Source: Amoebophrya sp. A120 (lineage: Eukaryota > Protista > Dinoflagellata). Taken from it: a stretch of DNA of 64,000 nucleotides. The stretch spans positions 2,137,570-2,201,569 of the forward strand of contig CAJINV010000014.1 in assembly GCA_905178155.1 (NCBI GenBank), given 5' to 3'. Under the pieces are notes generated by a model. That model had not been told where the DNA came from and did not search any database. It was given only the letters and a program-made list of their open reading frames with translations. The translations under genes and the position numbers were made by a program. Of the stretch, positions 23,437-46,205 are shown in pieces (positions within the stretch are counted from its first letter, which is position 1; each line of letters starts with the position of its first letter).

Positions 23437-26400
23437 TCACCTGAACCCAGAGAAACTCGCGCCGCCATAGGTCGGTTGACTGAACGGTGAGGGTCCTCCT
23501 GCGGTGTTGTTACCTGCGGCTCCAGTTGGATTACTGCCCATGGCGAACGGACTGGTCGAGGCCGAGCCTGCCGTGTTGCCAAACAGGCCCCCACCACCTG
23601 CTCCTCCGGACTGATTGTTATTCTGTAGTTGCGTGGCAGGCGCCCCTCCACCGAAGAGCCCCCCACCTTGCGGCTGTTGCTGCTGGGTCGTACCATTCAT
23701 CATGCCGCCACCGAAAAGGCCGCCTTGTTGCTGCTGCTGGGGCTGTTGGCTGACCGTTGTACTGCCCACGGGGGCCCCAAACAAGCCATTCGTTGGTTGC
23801 TGCTGCTGTTGTGGCTGCGCGGCGCCGAAAAGACCGCCGGCTTGCTGGGTAGTTGTGTTCCCGCCTGGAGCAGTACTAGCTCCACCAAAGAGACCCCCGC
23901 CAGAAGTCGCTGTTTGTTGCAGCTGCTGTTGTGGTGCGCCGGAGACTGATGTAGCATTCGCACCGCCTCCGAACAGACCGCCTTGCTGCTGCTGTGCCGG
24001 TTGGCCACCTCCAAACAGGCCGCTTTGTTGCTGCGGCTGTTGCTGCTGCTGCTGACCGGCGTTTCCAAACAACCCCTGTTGCTGCTGCGGCTGATTGGCA
24101 GTATTGTTACCTCCTCCGAAAAGCCCGGTTTGCTGTGGCTGTTGCTGCTGAAGGCCTGCGTTCCCGAAGAGTCCCCCGCCTTGTTGCTGCTGCGGTTGCC
24201 CTCCTGGGTTATTTCCACCTCCAAAGAGGCCACCCGTCTGCTGCTGCGGTTGTTGGGCCGCGAGGCCTGGTGTTGCATTACCTCCACCCCCGAACAAACC
24301 GCCTTGCTGCGACTGCGCCGCCGGCTGCGAAGATGTTGACATAGTATTACCGAAAAGCCCACCTTGTTGCGGCTGCGGTTGCTGCGTCGCGCCGCCCACA
24401 CCATTATTATTGCCGAACAGACCCCCGGAACCCTGCTGCTGCTGCTGCTGCTGCCCAGATGCGACGCTGCCAAACAAGCCCCCGGTCTGCTGCTGCGGTT
24501 GAGCAGCGGTCGGCCCTGTTACGTTCCCGAACAACCCTCCTCCCTGCTGTTGCGCTGCGGGCTGCTGGCCGCCGAACAGACCCGTTTGGTTGTTTTGCGG
24601 AACCGCGGCAGTGTTATTGCCAAACAAACCACCTTGTTGCGCTTGCGGCGCACCACCCCCGCCACTCATCCCGCCTCCGCCCATGGCAAACGGACTCGCT
24701 CCGGCCCCTACCCCGGGCTGTACGGACCCAAACAGTCCAGCTCCTTGTTGCGCCGGTTGCTGTGCCGCCGCCGGTGCTGTCATCATGTTGCTGGCTCCTG
24801 CACCTCCTCCGAGGAGATTAGCGCCCGGTTGCATCAGATCCGCCGCTTGCACGTTGTACTTTTTCACTAGTTTTTGGATCAGCGTAGCCGTGTTTCCCGC
24901 GTATTTTTGCAAAATCCCGGGAATTTCCGCCATTTTCGAGGGATTGTACTTCTGGTAGATCAACTTCACTTGATCCTCATGCGACAGTGGCTGCTGCTGT
25001 GCTACTGGAGCCGCACCCGCAGTCGTTGTGGTCCCAAACAGTCCACCAGTGGGCTGCGTTTGCTGCTGTTGAGTAGAGCCTCCTCCGAACAACCCCCCTG
25101 CCGTTGCTGTCGTGCCGGTCGCTGCTTGCTGTGGCGGCTGCCCGAAAAGCCCCGTTCCCGCTCCTGCTCCGGTGGTTGCAGGTTGCGCTGATGTCGCTGC
25201 TGCGCCAAAGAGCCCACCGCCGGCAGGTGCTGTAGTCGCACTTCCCGCGCCGAACAAACCTCCAGCCTGTGGCGCGGTAGTCGTACTGGCGCCCGTAGCC
25301 GTAGTAGTCGTCGCTGCGCCTACTCCTGTGCCAAACAACCCACCACCGGAAGCTGTTGCAGTGGCCGGGGCACCGCCGGCAGCTGGCGCAGGTGTGCCGG
25401 GGGCCGGCGCTGCTCCGAACAAGCCACCTCCAGTGCTGGCGGGAGGAGTGGCAGATGATCCCGCTGCTGCACCCCCGCCTGCTCCCGCCTGCTGGTTATT
25501 GAACTGCGTCTGCAAGTCCTCCTTCGCGACTTTGTACGTATCGCACAGCTTGTTGTAAATCTGCATAGGATTGGCTTGGTACTTTTTCAGCAAGTCCGGA
25601 ATTTTCGCAATTTTCTCCGGGTTGTGCTGCTGGTAAATCGCCTCCATCTTGAACTTGACCATGTCAAGCAGGGTGGAAAAGGTTGGCTGTGCAGCAGTTG
25701 AGGTTGTGGCAGAAGTTGCAGTTGTCCCAGCAACTGTAGTACTGCTCACAGCGCCCGAAGGCGGAGGCGTGTTGAACACTGGGGAGGGTTTGGAAGCGTC
25801 CGCTGCATTTGTTCCTGTGGTCGCACCTCCACCGGGTTTGTTACTTTCTTCACCGCTTTTCGTGGTCGTATCTTTGTCTTTCTGCGGGGTGCTGGTTGTA
25901 GTACCACCAAACAATCCACCTGTGCTTGCGCCGGAGGACGTAGAAGAGGCACCAAAAAGACCGGTGGCAGTAGCAGTTGCGTCCTTCTTCTCACCAGATC
26001 CAGCTGGTGCGGAACCTCCACCTCCAAACAAGCCACCACTAGTAGTTGCCGGCTTGGAGGTCGTGCTACTTTCCGTTGTCGCAGTCGCGCTAGTTGTGGT
26101 GCCGCTTGTTTGCCCAAATAAACCACTTGCACCAGCACTAGCGGCTTTCTCGTTCTTGTTCCCTTCAGCAACAGAAGTCGTCTTCTTCAACGCGGCTGAC
26201 GGAGAGGAACTGCCGCCGAACGACGGCAATAAGGCTTGCTGCTGCGAACTGTCGGTTTTTGGCACGAGACCGCCAGTAGTTAGTGAAATTGCGCCCCCTA
26301 TTTGAAGATGTTCCTTTTGCTCATCTGCTTTCGTTAACTCCGAGATCTTCTGTTCCAAATTGGAGACTTTCCCCGTGGCGGCGAAACTGACAATCCCGGT

Positions 26401-29400
26401 TTGACTCGTCCTTATTTCGGACTTGCGCTCGTCCTCTGTTTTCTCCCCCGCGTTCAATTGCTGGCTCTTCCGCGAGGTTGCGTTAAACACAATTTGCTGC
26501 TTGTTCGCGTTCAATCCAGCACTCGTCGTGGCAGAAGGACCCCCGCCGCCGCCGAACAAACTGTCCGGGGAATTCGTGTTCTTGATTTGCTGGTGCTGCT
26601 GGTCTACTCCCCCTGCGGACCCCTTTTGCCCGGGCGTGGGCGAGTTCACATTGATGTTGCCGGCAAAGGGGACGTGGGTCGATTGAGATGCTGATCGTGA
26701 AGATCCCCCCGCAGGAGCTCCTGCTCCTGCTGAACCAGTACTAGAGCTGCTCGCCGCTCCTCCTGCACCAGAATTGTTGTTCGACGGAAACAGGGCCGGC
26801 GGCTGCATTTTCGTCTTCACACCACCGCCTCCGCCAGTGTTCATGTTCAGGACCGCCGTGCCGATAGAGTCCTGACTTCTCGCCCGCGCCATTTGGTCCA
26901 GAAGCTGCAGCTGCTCCGAGTCGTGCGAATGCCGCCGCGAGCCGAACGTCGGCGTGCCGACGCCCCCTGGGACAAGCTGCTTGAGCAATTCGCTGTTGGA
27001 AGTCGGATCCTGGGCGCCGGACGTCGTGGAGCTACTCCCGGGGGCAGCTGCTCCGCTGCCGAATTGGTGGTGGCCACCCGCGGTCGTTCCTGTGGCCGCG
27101 CCGCTAGTGAAGTTGTTGCTGAACTGCTGATCGCCGCGGGGATTCGGGCTCTGGCTCTCGTTGCGCTGGTTCCGCTGGATCATGGTGACGTGCGTGTTGT
27201 AGCTGGAGACCGAGTCGGTTTCTGAGTTGTTGCCCGTGTAATTGCTTTGGTCAGAGCCGTGCAATAGAGACGAGGAGCCGTGTAGTCTGTTGCTGGCGCC
27301 GAAGTTCATCTTGCCATTCGTGGAGGTGGAGGCCATCGAAGAAGTGAAGTTGTTTTGCATCAATCCACCCGGAGGAGGCATTCCTATGGCCACCATCTTG
27401 GAAGTGCTCACATGATCTGCGGAGGAGGTGGAAGAAGAAGAGGCCCCGCCAGCGACATTCTTTTTCATGCCTGCCCCTGCAGCAGAGGAATCTTCTTGCG
27501 CAGCCGCGCAGCCATCCGCGGTGATCTTTTTCGGCTTTACGCCACCACCGCCCGACGTGCCATTCATACAAACGGATGCAGCGCCGGAAGTCGATGATCC
27601 GCATTGCAAATAGGCCTGCAGTTGCTTGTGGATGCGCGTGGGCATGTCGTCAACCTCTCCAATGGCATCCACGACCGATTGAAGCTCCTTCTCCAGGGCA
27701 TGTAAGCTAGTGCTACTGCTTTCCTCCTGCTCCTCTTCGGCTCCACTTCCACTCATGCCCGTGTCTTTGTTACCGACCTTGTTTCTGCTAGAGGCTGCAA
27801 GTTTATTGTTTTTCCGTCTTGAAGTTTTTTCAGTCTCAGCGACCGCACGCAGGCTCCGCTGCAAGTGTTGCAAAACATCGTCTTCGGAGGTGATGTTATT
27901 GGTCACACCACCAGGAAGGCCGTCATGCTGGTAATTCATCGTCCCCGCCCCCCTTGCCTTACCACTTCCATTCATCAGCCCCGATGCGCCACGCGCGGAC
28001 AGTGGTCTTGGGGAACCGAAGCCGCGCGGTTGCTCCGCTGTGGTGCTGTTGTGGTGCGTGTTGCCCGGTGTTCCTTTGGACAGGATGCTCGTGATGGTTC
28101 GCGCACCATTCCGCGTGGCAGCTGAGGTTTTAGTCGTACTAATTCCAGGGTTGTTCTTCCGCGCCGCGTGCTGCCCAGCATTTCCTGCTCCGTTCAGCAG
28201 AACACTCGGCGCGGTCGCCTGTGCCGCGGCGCCGAGCAAGTCCCGGCCCTTCAGATTCTTGTTTCGTCGCCGCAACGGGTTTTTGTGAAGCTCCGGGTCG
28301 TCCTCCTGCGTCTCGACCATCTCCGTGAGCATTTCTTCCACCTGCAGCGAGAAGTCAATGAAGAAGGACCCCGTGTTAGCGGCGTTGGAAGTGGTGCCAC
28401 CTCCTCCCGGGGGGCCCGCCATCGCCGCGTTGCTGTATTTGTTGACACTGTTTCCCTGCGCTTTCGTCAGCAGTGGGTCGTGCAAAAACGGCATTCTGTT
28501 CCTCGTTGCAGAAGTTGTGTAATTGCCTCCACCATCGTTCTGATGCTGCGCAAAATCCTGTTCGCTTGGGGGCGTCCTTGTGCCCCGCGTGTCCTTCGAG
28601 CCCGCTGTGGTACCGTGCCCCGAAAGCACCAAGTCGTCCTCCGGAAGCAGGCGCCAGTGCGGCAACTCCTGATCCACGACCATGTCCGAGCCCTTGCTCT
28701 CCTGTTTCGAACTCTGATACAGTTGTGGGCGGCGCGCGGGCTTCTGGAAGTTGTCGAAGCCGCGAGGAGCAGCTCCATAAGTGGAGGATGCTCCTCCAGC
28801 AGTAGGACCACCACCACTAGCATTGTAACCATAGTTCCTCTCCTCGTCGAGTTTCCATTCCAAGCCCTGCACTGCGCTTTCCAGGGTCATCAACCGCTTA
28901 TAAAGAATCGCCATGTGCTCCGCTTCCCGCACCGTCGTCGCTTTGCTGGAGGGTTTGATGACGTTCCTTGTGTTCTTTGGATGCTGATGTCGTAAAAGAG
29001 AAGTACTAGTCGACTGTTGCTCAGATGAACCGGCGCGGCCAGCAGTGGACGCCGCTTCTTCACTTCCATCTTCCTCCTCGCCGAACAGGAAATCATAGCC
29101 GTTTTTGGATGAAGGACGAGTTGTAGCAGAACAATTATCGTCCACCTCCAGTATCTTCGACATGTTCTTTTGCAGCTGCAATTCCGTGAGCAATACCGTC
29201 CGATTCCGTACCATCTCCAATTCCTGCATGATCTTCGCCCGATTCAAATCATCCAACTCCGTCCCAATCACATCTAGGGATAGCAGCTTCATCTTGCTCG
29301 CAACCGTGTTGGTCAAGGCTTCGACCTCGGTTAGTTCTTCCTTCTGGTTCTCGATCAGTTTCCGGTTATTCATGGTCGAGCTGAGGTAATTGCAGTCCAC

Positions 29401-32400
29401 ATTATTCAACGTTTGCTCCAGTTCCTGCATCTTCGCTTCCATGGTCTGGAAAACCTTCTTCAGGATCGGATTTTCCAAATCCTCGATCAGGCTGTTGGCC
29501 GCGGCGTTTTTGGAAGTTGAACAAGCACTGGAGGTAGGAGCAGCAGAAGTTACAGCGTTCGTATTTTTGTTGGTGTTCTTCATTAATACCGGCGGCGGCA
29601 TCATCTTGCGTAAGTTGCTGCCTTCGGTGGAAGTCATTGCACTGGCGGGAACAGAAGATGCACCAGACGCTGTTCCTTGCGAAGAAGAAGGCTGCGAAGA
29701 AGTAGATGCTCCTCCTCCAAGCAGATTTCCAGCCAGGGCGTTGGCCAGATTTCTGTCCGATTGCTCCTCTTTTTCCTTTAATGCGGACCCGAACACCGGA
29801 GAATCAACTACCCCAGCAAAGGACGAAGATTTATTCTTCGCAGAGAGGTCTCCGCTTGCAGCTCCGTTGGTGAGCGCCAATGGGTTGCTACTGTTTGAGG
29901 ATGCACCTCCTCCACCGAAGACGCTGTCGCCGGAAAATTTCCGGTTCCCACCTCCGCCGAAGAGAGACGAGGACTTCGCTTCCGGGGTGTTTTGGTTGAG
30001 GTTGAAACTCAGTTTGGTCGGGACAAGGGAGTTTTTGTCGTCTTCGGGGTCTTTCTTGATTTCTGCATTGTTATTGAACACATCACCGCCGGTACTCGTG
30101 CTATCCGGCAGCGGGAGCAAACCGGAGGTGAGCTGGTTTTTGTTCCCGAGCTGAGGCGGTTGGTTGCTGTCGTTTGGCTCTACTTTCTTCGCCGGGGCGG
30201 ACAAAATTGGTGCTGCGCCGAACAAGCCGCCGGAGACTGCAGCCGGCGCAATAGTTCCAGCACCTCCTCCAAACAAACCGCCAGTCGCGGGTGCCGCGGT
30301 GGTGCCGCCAAAAAGACCTCCGCCGGATGAAGTAGAGGCTGTCCCAGATGCTGCAGAAGGAGCTCCACCGCCGAAAAGACCCCCGGCAGTCGTCGTGGAA
30401 GATGCAGCAGATCCTCCAAACAGCCCCCCTGTTGCGGGTGCGGCACCACCACCACCGCCGAAAAGACCCCCTGCACTAGTCGCTGCTGCCGGCTTGCCTG
30501 CTTCGTTATCCGTCTTGGGTGCGGCAGAAGTTGAGCCTCCAAAGAGCCCACCGGTAGTAGGTGCCGCAGGCTTGCTCGCGGTGTCTCCAAAGAGGCCACC
30601 GCCTGCTGCAGGCTTCGCATCTCCGAAAAGCCCATCACCACCTGCTGCAGGCTTAGAACCTCCGAAAAGCCCGCCACTCACCGGCTTCGTATCTGCAACT
30701 GCGCCCCCAAAAAGTGGTGTACCAGCGCCAGTTTCAGCAGGCTTGGACGTGGATGCACCTCCTGCTGGTGCTGTGCCGCCGAACAAACCACCGCCACTTG
30801 TGGTTGAGGGGGCCGTTGCTGCGCTATTATTTCCTGAGCTGGCGACGCTACCAAAAGACAACGGCGCAGCAGAAACATTGGCCGTTCCACTCGCCCCTCC
30901 TGCCAGCGTCAGCCCCGTTCCCCCGAAGAGCCCGCCCGTACTCGTTGTAGCTGCGGCGAAAGGCGAAGGATTTGCACCCTTTACGTCCGCTGCGCCCGGA
31001 GCGCCGCCGAACAGCGAACCAGTGGGCGCACTGCCAACTGCCGCTCCACCTCCAACGGCGAACGGCGAAACCCCGGAAGTCGTTTTATTCGATACGTCGC
31101 CAAACAAAGAGCCCCCGCCACTAGGAGCGGCGGTGCCACCAGTGGCTGCTACAGGACCACTTGCAACTCCTCCTCCCCCGGTAGTAGTTGTAGATGAAAC
31201 CAGTTGAAAGCCGCTGTTTAACTTCTGCCAGTCGTCCAATTCTCGCCTCAGGTCCTCCACCGGGACTTTGTACGTGTCGCACAGCTTGGCGTAGATTTTC
31301 ATCGGGTCCGCTTCGTACTTCTTCAGCAAGTCGGGAATCTTCGACAGCTTCTCCGGGTTGTGCTTCTCGTAGATCTCCGTCATTTTCCATTGCACCAGGT
31401 CTTTCAGGCTCGCATACGCCGCCTCGGGAATCTTCTTCGGCTCGGGCTTCGGGGTGTTGAAAATGGGGGAGGCGGGCGTTGCTGGCATTGAGGCCGGTGG
31501 TGCGGTCGTAGTTGCGGCAGGCGCAGCAGCTCCAGCTGCTGGGGCTGCACCAGTTCCTGCTGGTGCCACAAACTCCGCTGCCTGCTTCAAGTGGTCCAGG
31601 CTCTGGACGCTGGTGGCTCCGTGCGGGACTTGCTTGAAATGGTCGCCAAAGTGCAAGCTGAGATGCTCCGAGGAGTCTAACAGTAGAAACAGCGGCGGGT
31701 TCTCCATGGGTTCCTGGGCGGTGCCGCGGCTCTGGACGCTTTGGTACGAGGCAAGAACGGAGAATCCCTTGACGAAGGAGTCGGTGTCCGGGGAACCGAG
31801 GTTGCGGCCCTCGGGGGGACGAAGGCAAACCTGTGATAGTACTAAATGCGATTTGTGACATAACTACAGATGAGTACTGTTCGAAGTTGTGATCATCCTC
31901 CTGCTGGCCCAGCACACTTTGACCAGGGGGCGGGGCACGTGTGGAAGCTGCCAAAAACACAAGTTCAAGTTAGTTTCACTTGAAGCAATCAGAATCAGCA
32001 TCAACATCAACATATACGAAATCACAATTTATTTTTCCACATACCACTTGTCCCTTTCCTTCGTCGAACGTGAACAATTGCGTTTCGTTTGCCGCACTGT
32101 GCCCCACCAGCAACGCATCCCATCCTGCAATCCTTTCGAAGTAGCACGTGCTTGGTTTCGCCCCGTCTGGTTGTAGAAACTCACTTCCTTCCACGTAAAT
32201 TTCGTTGCATGTTCCACCCGAGAGCTTCAGCTTCGACTCATTTGCTAGCAACTGCCCCGCCATCTGCCAGCTCGTCTGGTCTGGCTCCGAGGGGTCTTGG
32301 TTGTCGGTAAGGAAGAAGCAGAAGAGGATCGGCGACAATGATCCACCAGCGGTGACGTTGGTACTACTGCTTGTCGGTAATTCCGCAACACCAACGAGGT

Positions 32401-33484
32401 TGACTGCCGCATCGAACTCTTCGCCAGACTCGTTCTCGACGGATAGGGGTTTCAGCTGCGAGGCCACAACGTCGTACAGGAAGAGATTGGTACCCTTCGC
32501 ACCTAGAACAATCGCGGAGACTTTCGGTCCGCCGCCTTGAGTTTCGTGTTCCACGTAGCAGCCGCACGTGATTTGCTTTTCCGCGGACGCAATCTCCATG
32601 GGCTGTTTTTGCGTTGAGCTGAGACTAAAAACAAACTATCTCCTTAGCTGGTACTAGAAGTTTCGATTTATTTCCTCTTTCTCTGCGAATCAATCTATCT
32701 GAGTCTATTTTTGCAATCCGAATATACAACTCCCAGTCACCAGTGCACAGTGGAACATGAAATCCAGTTGGATATTAAAACAGCACAACATAAGACCATA
32801 GCTACCGTTCCCCCGCCGTGCACCGAGAACGCAAACGCACTCCCGGCCGTGGTAATTGCGCAACACGTAAATCCGGCCGGGTTCACAAAGACGCTGACGA
32901 TTCCCCCGGCGGCAGAAAACATTTCTGTGCGAAAGGGCTTCGATAGCTGCAGCTCCTGATCGAAAATGTCCTCCTTCGTGCGGTAGATGGTCAACATCCC
33001 ATTCGCCGTCCCGACAAAGACAAAATGGCTCGTCGCGGAGAGGAACGAAATTGCGCCGTTGGTGCGAAAGGTGGACCGGGCCGCGACGCTGTCACCCTTC
33101 TGAAGCCCATCCGCAAAATCCTGGCCTTTGGCTAGACGCAAAGTCGAGGTGTCGCCTAAGAAGGGGGTGATCGGTATGAAATGTTCAGCAGGTTCACATG
33201 ATCGGATGCTTCTTCAACTAACGCAAGAATCCTAGAAACACAGACAAGAAATAGTTGTAGTCATCGAGGTCGATCTGGTACTAACTTTTTTTTTATCTTC
33301 TCATGCATGAAAAAGTCAAAGTCCTACCTGCCTGCACCCACAACACGAAGTCATACGCCGAGGAAGACTGGATTCCCGAAGAATACGGCAAGGATGCGAG
33401 CTTGAAGGTGTCGCCGGAGACCGCCCCGTGGAAAAACTGGGGCTGCTCCACATCCTCCTGTTCTATCGCGTGAGGTTGTAACAT
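23437..33484 (-). CDS. Nup214/Nup159-like FG nucleoporin: N-terminal beta-propeller, GLFG repeats, central coiled coil, C-terminal Q-rich GLFG repeats
   Basis: 2756-aa ORF with dozens of GGLFG repeats and a coiled coil (MEAKMQELEQ..). Upstream GT-AG exons (start MLQPHAIEQEDVEQ) encode beta-rich blades ending DSFVKGFSV..PPLFLLLDSSEHLSLHF, resembling the last blade of Nup159/Nup214 propellers. Nucleoporin call is strong; orthology is moderate. Confidence 0.8.
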
Positions 33485-33874
33485 TTTTGCTAGGTCGCTG
33501 GTATTAATGGTAGATGGGATGCCTAGTATCGGGAGAGCGAGAAATGTTAAAAACTGAAACACATAGAGGCGTAAGCTCAACAGATTTTTCTTGAATCAAC
33601 CAGGGGCATGAAGATGATCAAGAGCAGCTGCCGTGGCTCTCGAAGATGGTGATACAAAATAGGCAGAGCGTGAGCGAAATACTTCTAGTAGTGGTCATTA
33701 TATTTCTGTCGCAAAGTCGCGTGGTCGCTGCTATTGCAAATAGAGAAAACCAGAAGTCGGGCGCAAAATCAGCAGCCTCGTTTGTGTACAAACCTCTATC
33801 ATTCCGAGCAACATGTGGCTGATCCTTGTCTACTAGGAAGCTTTTCTTATTTTTGGACAGATCAAATCAAAATG

Positions 33875-34058
33875 TGGTCTGGAAGTCCAAGTTATTGGAA
33901 TGAGATCAGATCTCATTGCAATATATAACTTGGACTTCCAGACCATCATTCTTGGACTTCCAGATCAGATCTCATTGCAATAACTTGGTGGTCATCTTTG
34001 ACTTTGCCGACGTATAGATCTCAGACCTATACGTCGGCAAAGTCAAAGATGACCACCA
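33875..34058. repeat. Two adjacent long palindromes in intergenic DNA
   Basis: 33875-33945: TGGTCTGGAAGTCCAAGTTAT..GAGATC-A-GATCTC..ATAACTTGGACTTCCAGACCA, partly re-duplicated at 33951-33988. 33986-34058: perfect 32-bp stem TGGTGGTCATCTTTGACTTTGCCGACGTATAG with a 9-nt loop. Confidence 0.92.
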
Positions 34059-34657
34059 CATCGTCAGGACAAAGTGGCTTCCTCAGGCTCGCGAGTAGAC
34101 GAGTAGACCCCGATAAATTTTATTTCGTAAACTTATTTCGTAAACTTGTTGTAGTGGTCGGTGCTACTGCTATCTATGTATACTTCCATGATCTTCAACA
34201 CCGTCTTCATGGACCTCCTAGCTTCAAGAAGATGAGGATCAGGTCTACGTTCACAGCGGATCAATAATTTGACAACTACCTAGGGAAATGGATTCAAGTA
34301 AGTTCGTAGAACAGCTTCCACTTTTCGTCGTTCTTGTGATCATTACCTGCAACTTCTACTTTCTCCAGAAAACATTTTTCGTTGCGTACGCGCCGTAGCT
34401 GCTCGCCGCGAAACCACAAAGAACTCGAGAGTTCAAGCTCCCAGCCAAGCCAACTACGCAACGTGCGTTTTTTCATCGACATGATGTGGTTTGTAGCGAA
34501 TGAAACCGTGTTTGCCTACTTACGCCTGACACGAGGACCTGGCCACGTAAAAGTTTCGACGTGGTGGTTACATTTTGTAGAATTTGGATTTTCACACGTT
34601 GGAGGGTTTGAAAAATTTTAGCACATATTACAAGGAATAGGACACTTGCCGAGCGTT

Positions 34658-35137
34658 TCACAATTTTGAGGCTCCAGCAGCAGTCAAGATTTTCCCTCCC
34701 GCCTCCGCGACCGCGTGATCCTCTTCCGGCTTCGCACCGGAAACCCCGATGCCTCCGATTCCCAGCCCGCTTTTCACAAACACACCGCCGCCCATCAACA
34801 CAAATCCGGACGACAGCAGCGCCGTCCGCGCGGTGCCGTCACTGCAGTTACTCGCCTTCTCAAGTAACATGGTGTCGCGCTGGAATGCCACCGCGGTTTT
34901 GGCCTTTTCGATCGCGATGGCACTGGCCGCCGGCATCGCGGTCGGGAGGCGGGAGAAGGAGAGAAGACTGCCGGATTGGTCTACCACCGCAACGGCGACC
35001 TTCAGTTTTTTGCTCTTTGCGTGATCCAACGCTTTCGCGACCACTTGCTGCGCTAAGTGGAGCACGGCGTCGGGCTTCTGGTGTTCATCGGCGGCACTGG
35101 TGCTGCCCGATTGGACCACTGCTGCCGAGGTGGACAT
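34658..35137 (-). CDS. GlcG/HbpS-family haem-binding protein with C-terminal PTS1 (-SKL), intronless
   Basis: Motifs VAVAVVDQSGSLLSFSR, IAIEKAKTA, GGGVFV..IGGIGVSGAKPEEDHAVAEAG are typical of GlcG/HbpS. Ends ASKL-stop. First in-frame ATG at 35137. Confidence 0.88.
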   Translation of the reverse strand: MSTSAAVVQSGSTSAADEHQKPDAVLHLAQQVVAKALDHAKSKKLKVAVAVVDQSGSLLSFSRLPTAMPAASAIAIEKAKTAVAFQRDTMLLEKASNCSDGTARTALLSSGFVLMGGGVFVKSGLGIGGIGVSGAKPEEDHAVAEAGGKILTAAGASKL

Positions 35138-35988
35138 TATCGATGTATTGTCCCTGCTTCCGGCGCCTGTGCTGCTTTGGTCCGGACGAAGACGATACAA
35201 AATTCAAATACGAAGGTGGTGCACGAGGTATTGCTATTGGTATTGATGAAGTGGAAGCCGGCCACCGAATCTGTCGAGACATCCAGGTAGCCGCTATAGT
35301 GCAAGCAGGTGCGGCTGAGATGATCGACAGAAACAAAAGAGTCGATGCGACGGGTGATTGTACACAAACTAAACTACGTAGTACGACTACTAGTACACTG
35401 CTCTCAGCATCGACAGCATACTCACTTTCCGTATCACTGCCAAGCCCAAACCTGGAGTACTTCTTAGCCTTGCTCCTGCGGCGAACCACGTGCAACAAGG
35501 ATGAAAGCAGTAGAAACACGATGAAACGCAGACGCCGGCCCGCAGAAAATAGAACAGGTCGTGTACTATCCACTCAGCTTTGAAGCACGACCAGCAGCTG
35601 CTGGTCGTCGTACTTGTACCAGGGAAGATGCTTCGTATTGTTCTCGTTTACTTCTATGCTGATGCTTATGCGTCGGGTTCTTGCGCTGGTGTCGAGGTCG
35701 ACATAGCGGATAACTCCACTTCTACTTCGCGTAATCCTGCTGCTGCAGAGGAACAACCTGTGGATTCGTCTGGTTGCTCAAAGGTGTGATACAAATGATC
35801 TAGAAGACATGTACAATTCTAAACCTGAACTCATTGAGCCACTACTCATGGTCAACGTCGATACTGCTGCAGCTACTGCTGTGCGACGGCCTCCACAAGA
35901 ACGGTCGAACTTTTGCAAATACACTTTGGTGATGTCGCTGCATTATTATTTCGTATTTCGCCTACTTCGCGGCAACTCCAGGTCGTTG

Positions 35989-46205
<10,217 letters not shown>

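Noticed and set aside
23487-31858. Many long plus-strand ORFs rich in P/C/A opposite the nucleoporin, and similar ones opposite UBR, RPC1 and LRRC9
   Set aside because: Antisense shadows of GC-rich or low-complexity coding sequence; no recognisable domains.
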